Shown here: piece after piece, positions 8,814 to 17,366 of the stretch
How positions within the stretch are numbered: position 1 is the stretch's first letter
Layout: each line of letters starts with the position of its first letter
Source of the DNA: a virus
Taxonomy: Duplodnaviria; Caudoviricetes
IMG/VR virus record: IMGVR_UViG_3300020045_006775
Location: 1 to 51,759 of that record
Reading direction: 5' to 3' (one strand)
DNA: 51,759 nt
Position numbers and translations under genes: made by a program
The notes under the pieces: model-generated
The model's input: the letters and a program-made list of their open reading frames with translations, nothing else
What the model was told of the DNA's origin: nothing
Databases searched by the model: none

Positions 8814-9443
8814 ATGGCAACATCCCCGAAACCCGCCCGCCTTGGCGAAGTCATGCTGCGCGACGTGCGCCTTTCCTACCCCCATTTGTTCGTGCCATCG
8901 GCAAGTGTTGATGGGGGCGCACTTAAGTTCCGCTCGAACTTTTTGATTGATAAAACCGAAGAGTTTGGCGCGAAGAACTATGCAGCATGCGAAGCGGCAC
9001 TTGATGCCCTGATCAAGGAAACCTGGAAGGGTAAAGTCCCACCAATTAAGTCAGATCGCAAGTCATTCCGCCCTGGCGACACGTTTGCCAATGCTGAGAC
9101 TGGTGAAATCTACACTGGCTATGAGGGGCAGCACGTTGTTAGCGCAAGCAAAAGCGCTGCAAAGAGTTCTGATCCCGATGACCGTGCCCACGCACGTTTC
9201 CGCCCTACGATGTTTACCCGTTCCAAGGAAAAGATCGAAGAGGATGACGGCACGTTGTACGCCGGTTGCCGCGTTGACGCTGTTGTCCGTTTCTACACGG
9301 AAACCCGCAAGGAAAAGGGGGGTAACGGCATTTTCGCCACGCTTGAAGCTGTTCGTTTCCGCCGTGACGACGCTCCGTTTGGTGCTGCTGCAGTTGGTGC
9401 GGATGCGTTTGACGATCTGGAGGACGAAGACGACATGATGTAA
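8814..9443 (+). CDS. DUF2815 family ssDNA-binding protein
   Basis: 'VRLSYPHLF', 'LYAGCRVDAVV', 'GIFATLEAVRF..D..PFG', acidic tail. Confidence 0.85.
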   Translation: MATSPKPARLGEVMLRDVRLSYPHLFVPSASVDGGALKFRSNFLIDKTEEFGAKNYAACEAALDALIKETWKGKVPPIKSDRKSFRPGDTFANAETGEIYTGYEGQHVVSASKSAAKSSDPDDRAHARFRPTMFTRSKEKIEEDDGTLYAGCRVDAVVRFYTETRKEKGGNGIFATLEAVRFRRDDAPFGAAAVGADAFDDLEDEDDMM

Positions 9444-9555
9444 TCGTCTTTGGACTGGCACCCCTAAGGTGCCACTTTAACTAAAGCCGCCTGAAAATGA
9501 CGGCTTCACTTAGAGGGTTGAACCCCAAATTCCCGAAACCAACGAAAACGACCTT

Positions 9556-11388
9556 ATGCCAAAACTTGTTTCTTCAACACGCCCGCTTTGCATCATGGAT
9601 TTGGAGTGCTACCGAAACTATTTCCTGTTCAAGGCTCGCCGTGCTGACACTGGCCAGACTGTTTCAATCGAAATGTACGATGGTCAGCCACTCGACACTG
9701 AGCGTATTCGCAACATCCTGGACCGTTACGAACTGGTCACGTTCAACGGGCGCGATTTTGACGTTCCACTGCTGTATTGCGCACTCAAAGGCTACAACTG
9801 CAGCAAACTCAAGGATATTTGCAACGACATTATCGGAAACCGCCTCAAGTCGTGGGACGTTGAACGCAAGTACGCTGTCAAGATTCCCAGAAACTTGAAG
9901 CACATTGACCTGATCGAAGTAGCCCCTGGCACCGGATCACTAAAGATTTACGGCGGACGCATTCACAGCCCCAAGATGCAAGACCTGCCCATCGAACATG
10001 AGGCAATTCTGACCCGCGAACAAATGGGCATCATCAACGTGTACTGCGGTAACGACCTTGAGGTTACCGGGCTGCTGCTTGAAGAGCTTACCCCTCAGCT
10101 TGAGTTGCGCAGGGCTATGAGTGAGAAGTACGGCGAAGACATGATGAGTAAGTCTGATGCCCAGATCGCAGAAGCCATCATCAAAACGCAGATGTATGAG
10201 TTGACCGGGATCGTTCCGACAAAACCAAGCTCGCAGATCGGTAAAAAGTTCAAGTTCAAAACACCGGATTGGGTTAAATATCAAAGCCAGATGATGCGCG
10301 ATGTTCTGAAAGTCGTTGAAGAAACTGAGTTTGTCGTTGCCCCATCGGGTAAAGTTTTGCTGCCCAAGGTGCTTGAAAACCTTGTGATCAAGCTCGGCGT
10401 TGGCAAATATACGCTCAGAATGGGCGGGCTGCATAGCTCGGAAAAGCACCAGACCGTTTTTGCCGATGACGAAACCCTGGTTATCGACCGTGACGTTACA
10501 AGCTACTACCCGTTCATTATTTTGAACAACGGCCTATACCCTGAGGGACTTGGCCCTGAATTCCTGACAATCTACGGCAAGATCATTTTTGACCGTGTTG
10601 CTGCAAAGCGCGCTGGTGATGATGTCACCGCTGGGACATATAAGATCGTTTTGAACGGTACGTTCGGGAAGCTGGGTAGCCCGTATTCCATCATGTACTC
10701 GCCGAACCTGCTTATCCAAGTGACACTGATCGGACAGCTTGGGCTGTTGATGTTCATTGAGCGACTGGTGGCAGAGGGTTTCGATGTTGTCAGCGCAAAC
10801 ACTGACGGTATTGTCATCAAATGCCCCAAGCATAGGAAGGATGACCTGTCAAAAATCGTCGCCTGGTGGGAATCGGTTACCGGATTTGGCACGGAAGATA
10901 CGAATTACAAGGCCGTCTATAGCCGTGATGTGAACAACTACATCGCACTGACAATTGACGGCAAAGTTAAGCGCAAAGGCGAATACGCAAAGCCCGGACT
11001 TCAGAAAAACCCGGCAACTGAGATATGCGTTGATGCCGCGATTTCCTACATCATCAACGGCACACCCATTGAGGCTACGATTGGTAGCTGCCGCGATGTT
11101 ACGAAATTCCTTGCAATCCGAAACGTGACTGGTGGCGGTACACAAGAAGGTGAGTATTTGGGCAAAGCTGTTCGCTGGGTGTACTCGACAAAATCAAAAG
11201 GGCCGATCACGTACAAAGAAAACGGAAATAAAGTGGCAAAATCGGACGGTGCATATCCTCTGATGCAGCTGCCAGACCGCCTGCCATCACATATTGATTA
11301 CGATTGGTACGTGAAAGAGGCGAATTCGATGCTTGTTGACATGGGGCATGCGCCCGACACGTCAAAGTGGCTTGATAACTTACTGTAA
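9556..11388 (+). CDS. DNA polymerase, family B, with 3'-5' exonuclease
   Basis: ExoI DLECY, ExoII FNGRDFD, ExoIII YCGND; polymerase motifs DVTSYYP, KIVLNGTFGKLG, SANTDG. Confidence 0.9.
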   Translation: MPKLVSSTRPLCIMDLECYRNYFLFKARRADTGQTVSIEMYDGQPLDTERIRNILDRYELVTFNGRDFDVPLLYCALKGYNCSKLKDICNDIIGNRLKSWDVERKYAVKIPRNLKHIDLIEVAPGTGSLKIYGGRIHSPKMQDLPIEHEAILTREQMGIINVYCGNDLEVTGLLLEELTPQLELRRAMSEKYGEDMMSKSDAQIAEAIIKTQMYELTGIVPTKPSSQIGKKFKFKTPDWVKYQSQMMRDVLKVVEETEFVVAPSGKVLLPKVLENLVIKLGVGKYTLRMGGLHSSEKHQTVFADDETLVIDRDVTSYYPFIILNNGLYPEGLGPEFLTIYGKIIFDRVAAKRAGDDVTAGTYKIVLNGTFGKLGSPYSIMYSPNLLIQVTLIGQLGLLMFIERLVAEGFDVVSANTDGIVIKCPKHRKDDLSKIVAWWESVTGFGTEDTNYKAVYSRDVNNYIALTIDGKVKRKGEYAKPGLQKNPATEICVDAAISYIINGTPIEATIGSCRDVTKFLAIRNVTGGGTQEGEYLGKAVRWVYSTKSKGPITYKENGNKVAKSDGAYPLMQLPDRLPSHIDYDWYVKEANSMLVDMGHAPDTSKWLDNLL

Positions 11389-11396
11389 TTTCAAAA

Positions 11397-11687
11397 ATGA
11401 CTAAAAATTCCGTAACCGAATCCCCCATTGAGGGGGTTGTCTGCAAACTGGCGGAAGAAGCTGGTTGGCTTGTCCGCAAAGTGTCATGGCTTGGTCGCAG
11501 GGCCGCCCCAGACCGCCTTTTTGCCAAAGGGGGCAGGGTGGTGCTGATTGAGTTTAAGCGCCCTGGAACGGCATTTGCCACGCTCCAGCAACAGCTGGAA
11601 CACAAGCGCCTGACAAGTTCGGGGATTGAGGTCCACGTTTGCGACAGCATTAGCTCTGGCCTGAGCGCCCTGGGGGTGGCCCTATGA
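11397..11687 (+). CDS. VRR-NUC domain nuclease
   Basis: 'ESPIE...APDRLF....VVLIEFKRPG....LQQ..H..L'. Confidence 0.85.
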   Translation: MTKNSVTESPIEGVVCKLAEEAGWLVRKVSWLGRRAAPDRLFAKGGRVVLIEFKRPGTAFATLQQQLEHKRLTSSGIEVHVCDSISSGLSALGVAL

Positions 11688-13225
11688 GGCGGGAAGCCGA
11701 CTTGCGCGGCTATCAAGAGTGGATGGCGGGTAAAGCCGAAGAGCTGAAATACATTGCCCTGTGGGCCGAACCTGGGCTCGGCAAAACCGCTGCCAGCCTG
11801 ACAGCTATGGTTCGCCTGATGCGCCAGGGCGTTGCAAAACGATGGCTGATTGTTGCCCCGCTGCTGGTGGCCGAAACCACTTGGCCCGATGAAATCGCCG
11901 AATGGGAGCATACCGTTGGCCTGCATTACAGCGTGATTACGGGTACAGCCGCCCAGCGCAAGATCGCCGCTGCATCCCGCGCCCAGGTGCATATCATCAA
12001 CCGGGAAAACCTGATGTGGCTCTACCACCTGCACGATGGGAAGCTGCCATATGATGGGCTGATCTACGATGAGGCAAGCCGCTTGAAGGAGGGTAAGGTG
12101 AAAACCAAGCCCCCCATCGCAAAAATCCAAGCCGAAATCCAAACGATCTGGGCCGATATTGTGGCCGAAGAATCAAAACCCGATAAAAATCCAAACCTGG
12201 ATGATGAGTCGAACGACCTGATTGGCGGTACGGTTGCCCAATGCCGGATAATCGCTGCACTTAAAGCAAAAATTGATACCTGCCAGGATAGGTTGATACC
12301 CCGTATAACAGAATACGGGGTTATCAATAAGTTGCGGGCTTCTCTGAAATCCGCGATTCTGCTGACCGGAACACCGTCTCCCAATGGGATCGTTGACCTA
12401 TGGGGGCCAATTTACATCCTTGATCGTGGAAAAAGGCTGCACACATCAAAATATCAATTTCTATCGCATTGGTTTGAGCGCAATCAATATTCGTTCAAGG
12501 TCACACCCCATAAAACTGCGCTGGTAGAAATAACTGATAGGTTGAAGGACATTGCATTTAGCCTTAGGACTGAGGACTACCTTACGCTACCCGATGTGAT
12601 ACATAACATAGTTAGGGTTAAGCTATCCGCACCTATTATGAAAATGTACAAAGATTTTGAACGTGAATTTGTACTTGAGGAACATGACATCGAGGCAGTG
12701 AATTCGGGCGTCTTGGCTGGGAAATTATTGCAAATCTCGAACGGTGCTTGTTACCGTGGTCCTGAAAAGGAGGTCATACCCATCCATAATTACAAAGTCG
12801 AAGCCCTTGAAATGATTGTTGCGGAGTCAGGGGACTCGCCGGTACTTGTGGCCTACGAATTCCAATTTGATTTGGACCGGATAAAGGCGAAGTTCCCCCA
12901 CGCTGTTGTCCTAAACCAGGAAGCGGACGTTGTTAAAAAGTGGAACGCTGGAAAGATCAAACTGCTCATTACCCATCCGGCGAGTGCGGCCCACGGGTTA
13001 AACCTCCAGCATGGCGGGCACATTTGCGTTTGGTTTGGCCTAACGTGGTCACTTGAGCTTTATCAGCAGTTCAATAAGCGACTGCACCGCAGCGGCCAGA
13101 AAAACAACGTCATCATTCACCACATCGTTGCTGAGGACACATTTGACGAAGTGCAGTTAGCGGCACTCACGTCAAAAGGCGCGACTCAGGATTCTGTGAC
13201 AGCCGCAGTTCGCATAAATGTTTGA
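11684..13225 (+). CDS. SNF2-family (SF2) helicase
   Basis: 'EPGLGKT', 'YDEAS', 'LTGTP', 'HGLNLQ', 'RLHRSGQ'. Confidence 0.9.
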   Translation: MRREADLRGYQEWMAGKAEELKYIALWAEPGLGKTAASLTAMVRLMRQGVAKRWLIVAPLLVAETTWPDEIAEWEHTVGLHYSVITGTAAQRKIAAASRAQVHIINRENLMWLYHLHDGKLPYDGLIYDEASRLKEGKVKTKPPIAKIQAEIQTIWADIVAEESKPDKNPNLDDESNDLIGGTVAQCRIIAALKAKIDTCQDRLIPRITEYGVINKLRASLKSAILLTGTPSPNGIVDLWGPIYILDRGKRLHTSKYQFLSHWFERNQYSFKVTPHKTALVEITDRLKDIAFSLRTEDYLTLPDVIHNIVRVKLSAPIMKMYKDFEREFVLEEHDIEAVNSGVLAGKLLQISNGACYRGPEKEVIPIHNYKVEALEMIVAESGDSPVLVAYEFQFDLDRIKAKFPHAVVLNQEADVVKKWNAGKIKLLITHPASAAHGLNLQHGGHICVWFGLTWSLELYQQFNKRLHRSGQKNNVIIHHIVAEDTFDEVQLAALTSKGATQDSVTAAVRINV

Positions 13226-13228
13226 CGA

Positions 13229-13274
13229 TTGACCCTGCAACCGGGGGTTGATACGATTCAACTTCTGGTTGTAT
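13229..13274 (+). promoter_or_regulatory. Sigma70-type promoter with two tandem operators
   Basis: TTGACC-17 bp-TACGAT; CAAC-CGGGG-GTTG (13235-13253) fills the spacer and CAAC-TTCTG-GTTG (13256-13274) covers the start region. Confidence 0.7.
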
Positions 13275-13947
13275 GGGGTTACAAATGGATCGAGCTTTTG
13301 CACAGCGGCTGAACTTGGCTTGTGATGGGCATCCGCATATCCCGGCTTACGGCGCTGGCCGTCAGACCTGGATCAAGGAAAATATGGGCGTCAGCCATGA
13401 GGCGGTGCGCAAGTGGTTTGTAGGGGAGGCTCGCCCACGCCCCGCCATGATGCGCAAATTGAAAACGCTGCTTGAGGTTGATGAGGCGTGGTTATCACTC
13501 GGCATAGCCCCTGATGTCGAACCAAAAGAGCGCAAAGCCCGCAATGCTGTGGCGGACGGTGCTGTAAACGCTTTGGCCGGAATAATTCAGATCAATGGGG
13601 GTCACTGCGCATTCCCGGATGAGCGTGATCCCCGCGCTGCCTACGTTGACATGTACACCATAATCCGAGGTTCCCAGTTTTCAATCCACGTGGCGCTCGG
13701 GCTTAAGCTCTCTGAGAACGTGTACAAATTCAGTGTACCCAGAGAGTTCGACCAGTGTTCGGTTGTGGGGGCGATCCATGCTTACCCGATGCGGATGCAC
13801 TGGATCAGCTTGAGCCACGATCTTATTGACCGGCACAAGGTTCGCCGTGGTGGCTTCTACGAACTGACGATCCAGCGAAATTCCGGCGACTACACGACAG
13901 GTAGCGACACCTGGCCCCGCATCAACTCACTGCAGGATAGAATCTGA
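13273..13947 (+). CDS. XRE-family HTH regulator (candidate repressor)
   Basis: 'RQTWIKENMGVSHEAVRKWFVGEARPR..MMRKLKTLLEVDEAWLSLG'; no S24 autopeptidase motif recognised. Confidence 0.8.
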   Translation: MGLQMDRAFAQRLNLACDGHPHIPAYGAGRQTWIKENMGVSHEAVRKWFVGEARPRPAMMRKLKTLLEVDEAWLSLGIAPDVEPKERKARNAVADGAVNALAGIIQINGGHCAFPDERDPRAAYVDMYTIIRGSQFSIHVALGLKLSENVYKFSVPREFDQCSVVGAIHAYPMRMHWISLSHDLIDRHKVRRGGFYELTIQRNSGDYTTGSDTWPRINSLQDRI

Positions 13948-14171
13948 TGATCGAATGCCCGTGGTACGCCCTACGCGATGTCGTTCACCTGTTCGGCGTC
14001 AGCTATGAGACAGCGAAGAACCGGATTTACGCGAAAACTTTCCCCGTGCCAGTCAGGCGAGAAGGGAAGCTGTTGGTAGTAGATAAGGCTGTGATGCAGG
14101 CGTACTTCGATGCCCGGAGACAAGATGACTTGGGGAAACTTACGCTGCCAAAAATTTCGACCGTTGGTTGA
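13947..14171 (+). CDS. Small winged-helix/excisionase-like DNA-binding protein
   Basis: 'ALRDVVHLFGVSYETAKNRIYAKTFPVPVRREGK.LVVD'. Confidence 0.7.
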   Translation: MIECPWYALRDVVHLFGVSYETAKNRIYAKTFPVPVRREGKLLVVDKAVMQAYFDARRQDDLGKLTLPKISTVG

Positions 14172-14197
14172 AATTACAACCGTTTGGGGGCTATACT
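14155..14197 (+). promoter_or_regulatory. Endolysin promoter overlapped by operator
   Basis: TTGAAA-18 bp-TATACT; dyad TTTCGAC-CGTTG-GTTGAAA at 14155-14173. Confidence 0.6.
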
Positions 14198-14225
14198 CAC
14201 AGCTCCTAATCAACCGGACACCAAC

Positions 14226-14840
14226 ATGACAAACCCCGTGAGACTCACCGAATCCGACTACGCCGCTGCAGCAACAGCCCTTGAAACTGACATTGCCGCA
14301 ATCAAGGCGTTCGCCGAAGTTGAAAGCGCTGGCGACGGGTTCCTGCCTGACGGTAGGCCCAGGATTTTGTTTGAGCGACACATCATGCGCCGGGAGCTGT
14401 ACAGGCTCGGCTGGTCGGCGGAAAAGGTTGCCGGTGCCTACACCCGCAATCCGAACCTCGTAAACCCGGCAACCGGGGGCTACAAAGGCGGGTCAGCTGA
14501 GTGGCTACGCATGGACCTTGCGGCGTTCCTAAGCCGTGAAGCCGCGCTGAAGTCCGCAAGCTGGGGCAAGTTTCAGATCATGGGGTTCAACCACGCGCTT
14601 GTGGGCTTCGATAGCGTGCAGGCATTCGTCAACGCCATGTACGCGAATGAGGCAAACCATCTGGCCGCGTTTGTCCAGTTCGTGAAGGGTGACGCGGTTA
14701 TGTGCAACGCCATCAAGACGCATGACTGGCGCACCTTGGCCAGACGATACAACGGCGTCGGATATGCCATTAATGAGTACGATAAGAAGCTGGCAAACGC
14801 TTACGCGAAGTTTTCCACAGCTAGGGTCGTCGCCGCATAG
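14226..14840 (+). CDS. Endolysin, N-acetylmuramidase (DUF3380-like)
   Basis: 'AIKAFAEVES.G.GF...GRPRILFERH', 'SASWGKFQIMGFN', 'W..LARRYNG.GY....YD.KL..AY'. Confidence 0.9.
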   Translation: MTNPVRLTESDYAAAATALETDIAAIKAFAEVESAGDGFLPDGRPRILFERHIMRRELYRLGWSAEKVAGAYTRNPNLVNPATGGYKGGSAEWLRMDLAAFLSREAALKSASWGKFQIMGFNHALVGFDSVQAFVNAMYANEANHLAAFVQFVKGDAVMCNAIKTHDWRTLARRYNGVGYAINEYDKKLANAYAKFSTARVVAA

Positions 14841-14858
14841 CATCCCCCTGCGTCCCAC

Positions 14859-14886
14859 AAAAGCCCAGCCGTGTGTTGGGCTTTTT
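14859..14886 (+). terminator. Terminator after endolysin (possibly bidirectional)
   Basis: AAAAGCCCAGC...GTTGGGCTTTTT. Confidence 0.75.
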
Positions 14887-14950
14887 GTTGGTCTATTTAC
14901 TGAACATGTATAGAAAACCCTGATTTTTGAACATGTTGCGGGGAAACTAC

Positions 14951-14969
14951 AATCCTGTCCCCGCAACCA
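14951..14969 (+). mobile_element. attP: attP core matching the 3' end of initiator tRNA-Met
   Basis: AATCCTGTCCCCGCAACCA corresponds to the T-arm 3' side, acceptor strand and ACCA of tRNA-fMet; lies 160 bp upstream of the integrase and is flanked by TGTTGG/CCAAC arm-like repeats. Confidence 0.8.
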
Positions 14970-15129
14970 ACCCTTATTCCCATGTCGTCCCAGACCGCCC
15001 CGGCCAACCCGGAAACCCTTGTTTTCCAGGCATTTGTTGTCCCATTGCGTCTAACGGCGACCTTGCACAGCCTCTGAAAATGTTGGTTTGTCGGTTGGTG
15101 CGCAACCAACCAACGGCGATAAACCAACA

Positions 15130-16302
15130 ATGGCTCTCACTGACATTGGCATTCGTGCCCTCAAGCCCCGCCCGGTAAACGCTAAACTTAGCGACGGCGG
15201 CGGATTGCATCTGCTGCTAACCCCCGCTGGTGGGAAGCTCTGGAAGCTCGCCTACCGTTTCGGCGGAAAACAAAAGACCCTGAGCCTCGGTGCATACCCG
15301 GCAATCGGACTACTTGACGCCCGGCGCAAGCGTGATGCGGCAAAAGCCGACTTGGCTGCAGGTGTTGACCCTGGTGCAAAAGCCAAGCCTGCCGCTGAAC
15401 CTGACACATTCGAGGTTCTAGCGCGTGAGTGGTACGCAAGCCAGATCGGCGATTGGGCGGAATCTCACGCACAGCGCATAATGGCGCGATTCGAGGCTGA
15501 CGTTTTCCCGGCTATCGGATCAAGCCCGCTGGCAGACATAGCCCCGCTGGCCGTCCTCGAAATGCTGCGCACCGTGGAAGCCCGTGGTGCCCTGGACGTG
15601 GCAAAGCGCATTCGGCAGACCTGTAGCCAAGTGTTCAGGTACGCGATAGCCACAGGGCGCGCTGACCGTGATCCCAGCGGCGATTTGCGCGGCGCTATGA
15701 AGCGCTCCCCCAAGGTGAAACATTTCGCAGCTCTGCAGGCGCATGACATCCGGGAATTCCTATCAACCCTTGCCCTGTATGACGGCGAGCCGGGAACACG
15801 TTTTGCGATTTATTTCACGCTGTTGACGTTCGTGCGTACAAGCGAAACCCGCCTGGCACGTTGGTCAGAGTTTGAATGCCTTGATGGATCAGCCCCGATA
15901 TGGCGCATTCCCGGCGAACGCATGAAGGCTGGGCGTGAGCATGTTGTCCCGCTTTCCCGGCAGTGTGTGGAGCTGCTGGGAAAGATTAAAGAGCTATCGG
16001 GCAAGCGCCCTGTCCTGTTCCCCTCGCACGGGCGTGAGGGGGTTCTATCGCAAAACGCTATGATCTTTGCGCTCTACCGGATGGGCTATCACTCCCGCCT
16101 GACGATCCACGGGTTCCGGGGTACTGCATCCACGATTTTGAATGAACACGGGTGCAACTCGGACCACATCGAATTGCAACTGGCTCATGTCGAACGTGAC
16201 GATGTTCGAGGGGCGTACAACTCTGCGCAATGGATCGAACCTCGCCGCGTGATGATGCAGTGGTGGGCAGACTACATTGCTGCACAAGGTGAACCATTCT
16301 GA
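15130..16302 (+). CDS. int: Tyrosine integrase, P4 family
   Basis: Arm-binding N-terminus 'LSDGGGLHL...GGKLW..AYRFGGKQKTLSLGAYP'; catalytic R(TSE), K, H(GF)R, H and Y (AYN). Confidence 0.95.
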   Translation: MALTDIGIRALKPRPVNAKLSDGGGLHLLLTPAGGKLWKLAYRFGGKQKTLSLGAYPAIGLLDARRKRDAAKADLAAGVDPGAKAKPAAEPDTFEVLAREWYASQIGDWAESHAQRIMARFEADVFPAIGSSPLADIAPLAVLEMLRTVEARGALDVAKRIRQTCSQVFRYAIATGRADRDPSGDLRGAMKRSPKVKHFAALQAHDIREFLSTLALYDGEPGTRFAIYFTLLTFVRTSETRLARWSEFECLDGSAPIWRIPGERMKAGREHVVPLSRQCVELLGKIKELSGKRPVLFPSHGREGVLSQNAMIFALYRMGYHSRLTIHGFRGTASTILNEHGCNSDHIELQLAHVERDDVRGAYNSAQWIEPRRVMMQWWADYIAAQGEPF

Positions 16303-16322
16303 GCCATTACAAACAGTTAGAT

Positions 16323-16341
16323 TTTCAACCAATGGTTGACT
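16323..16341. promoter_or_regulatory. Operator-like dyad upstream of alpA
   Basis: TTTCAAC-CAATG-GTTGAC. Confidence 0.6.
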
Positions 16342-16357
16342 AGGCTGGTCCCGCAAA

Positions 16358-16561
16358 GTGGAGGGCCAGCCTTTGACGTTTTTACGCCTGCCTGACGTGT
16401 TGAAGCTAGTCGGGGTTTCCCGAAGCCAAATTTACAGAATGATCCAAGCGGGGGAGTTTCCAAAGCCTGTTAAAATAGGGGCACGCGTATCCGTGTGGAC
16501 TGACGCCGCCTTACGCCAGTGGCAGGAATTGCAGATTTCCGCGAATTCACAGCAGACGTGA
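16358..16561 (+). CDS. alpA: AlpA-family excisionase/regulator
   Basis: 'FLRLPDVLKLVGVSRSQIYRMIQAGEFPKPVKIGARVSVW'. Confidence 0.9.
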   Translation: MEGQPLTFLRLPDVLKLVGVSRSQIYRMIQAGEFPKPVKIGARVSVWTDAALRQWQELQISANSQQT

Positions 16562-16589
16562 TAGTATCCAACTTTTAATTGACACAATA

Positions 16590-17366
16590 ATGACCACGCC
16601 GAAACCACCTAAATTGCGGAAAGACGGGCAACCGAAGCGCTCAGGAAGACCCTCGAAAGACGCGGCACCTACGCCAGATCGTGACGATGACGATCTGCTT
16701 GGTGTTGCTAAGCCCGTCAAAACCAAGGTGGGTGCGCCCGCTAAAAAGGCGACTGTCGCAAAGCCACTTGAGGTTGATTTCTCAGGATCGGGCGAGGTTG
16801 ACACAAATGTTTTCGCTGGTGTCAGCGTGACGTGGCTGGCAGAGGTTTTTCGCATGGACCCCACAACCGTTAAGAAGCGGCTGGCGCAGTGCGTGATTAA
16901 GGGTAAGCGCCGGAATGCCCCAATTTACGACCTGCTGACGGCGGCGCAATTTCTTGTTCCCCCGAAGGTTGACGTGTCGGCTTATATCCAGGGGATGCGC
17001 CCTACCGATTTGCCGCCCCTGCTTCAGAGCGCCTATTGGGATGCCATGAAGAAAAAGCAGGATTGGGAAATCCGCGCCAAATTACTCTGGGATACTGACA
17101 AAGTAATCGAGGTTTTCGGCGAGACGTTCAAGCACATCAAAAATACCGTCAGTCTCTGGGCTGACACACTGGAACAGGAACAGTCTCTTGATGAGCGGCA
17201 GCGCGAGGCACTAAGGGCCATGTCGGATTCACTCATGTCCGACATACACGCAAGCCTTGTTGAACAGTCCCGCGCATCACATACACCGAACCAGTACGCG
17301 CAATTGGCCGTGATGGAACATGACGCTGCAGAGAATGCGGCTGCAAAGGTTTCCGACAATGGCTAA
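16590..17366 (+). CDS. terS: Terminase small subunit (Nu1/DUF1441-like)
   Basis: wHTH 'VSVTWLAEVFRMDPTTVKKRL'; overlaps the start of the large terminase. Confidence 0.8.
   Translation: MTTPKPPKLRKDGQPKRSGRPSKDAAPTPDRDDDDLLGVAKPVKTKVGAPAKKATVAKPLEVDFSGSGEVDTNVFAGVSVTWLAEVFRMDPTTVKKRLAQCVIKGKRRNAPIYDLLTAAQFLVPPKVDVSAYIQGMRPTDLPPLLQSAYWDAMKKKQDWEIRAKLLWDTDKVIEVFGETFKHIKNTVSLWADTLEQEQSLDERQREALRAMSDSLMSDIHASLVEQSRASHTPNQYAQLAVMEHDAAENAAAKVSDNG

Noticed and set aside
12095-12315. Intein in the helicase
   Set aside because: Too short and lacks the N-terminal Cys/Ser and C-terminal His-Asn splice motifs.
13235-13274. Host LexA (SOS) boxes
   Set aside because: CAAC-N5-GTTG differs from the CTGT-N8-ACAG, GAAC-N4-GTTC and GTTC-N7-GTTC LexA consensuses.
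14935-14969. Complete tRNA gene
   Set aside because: Only the last 19 nt match; no D arm or anticodon arm is present.
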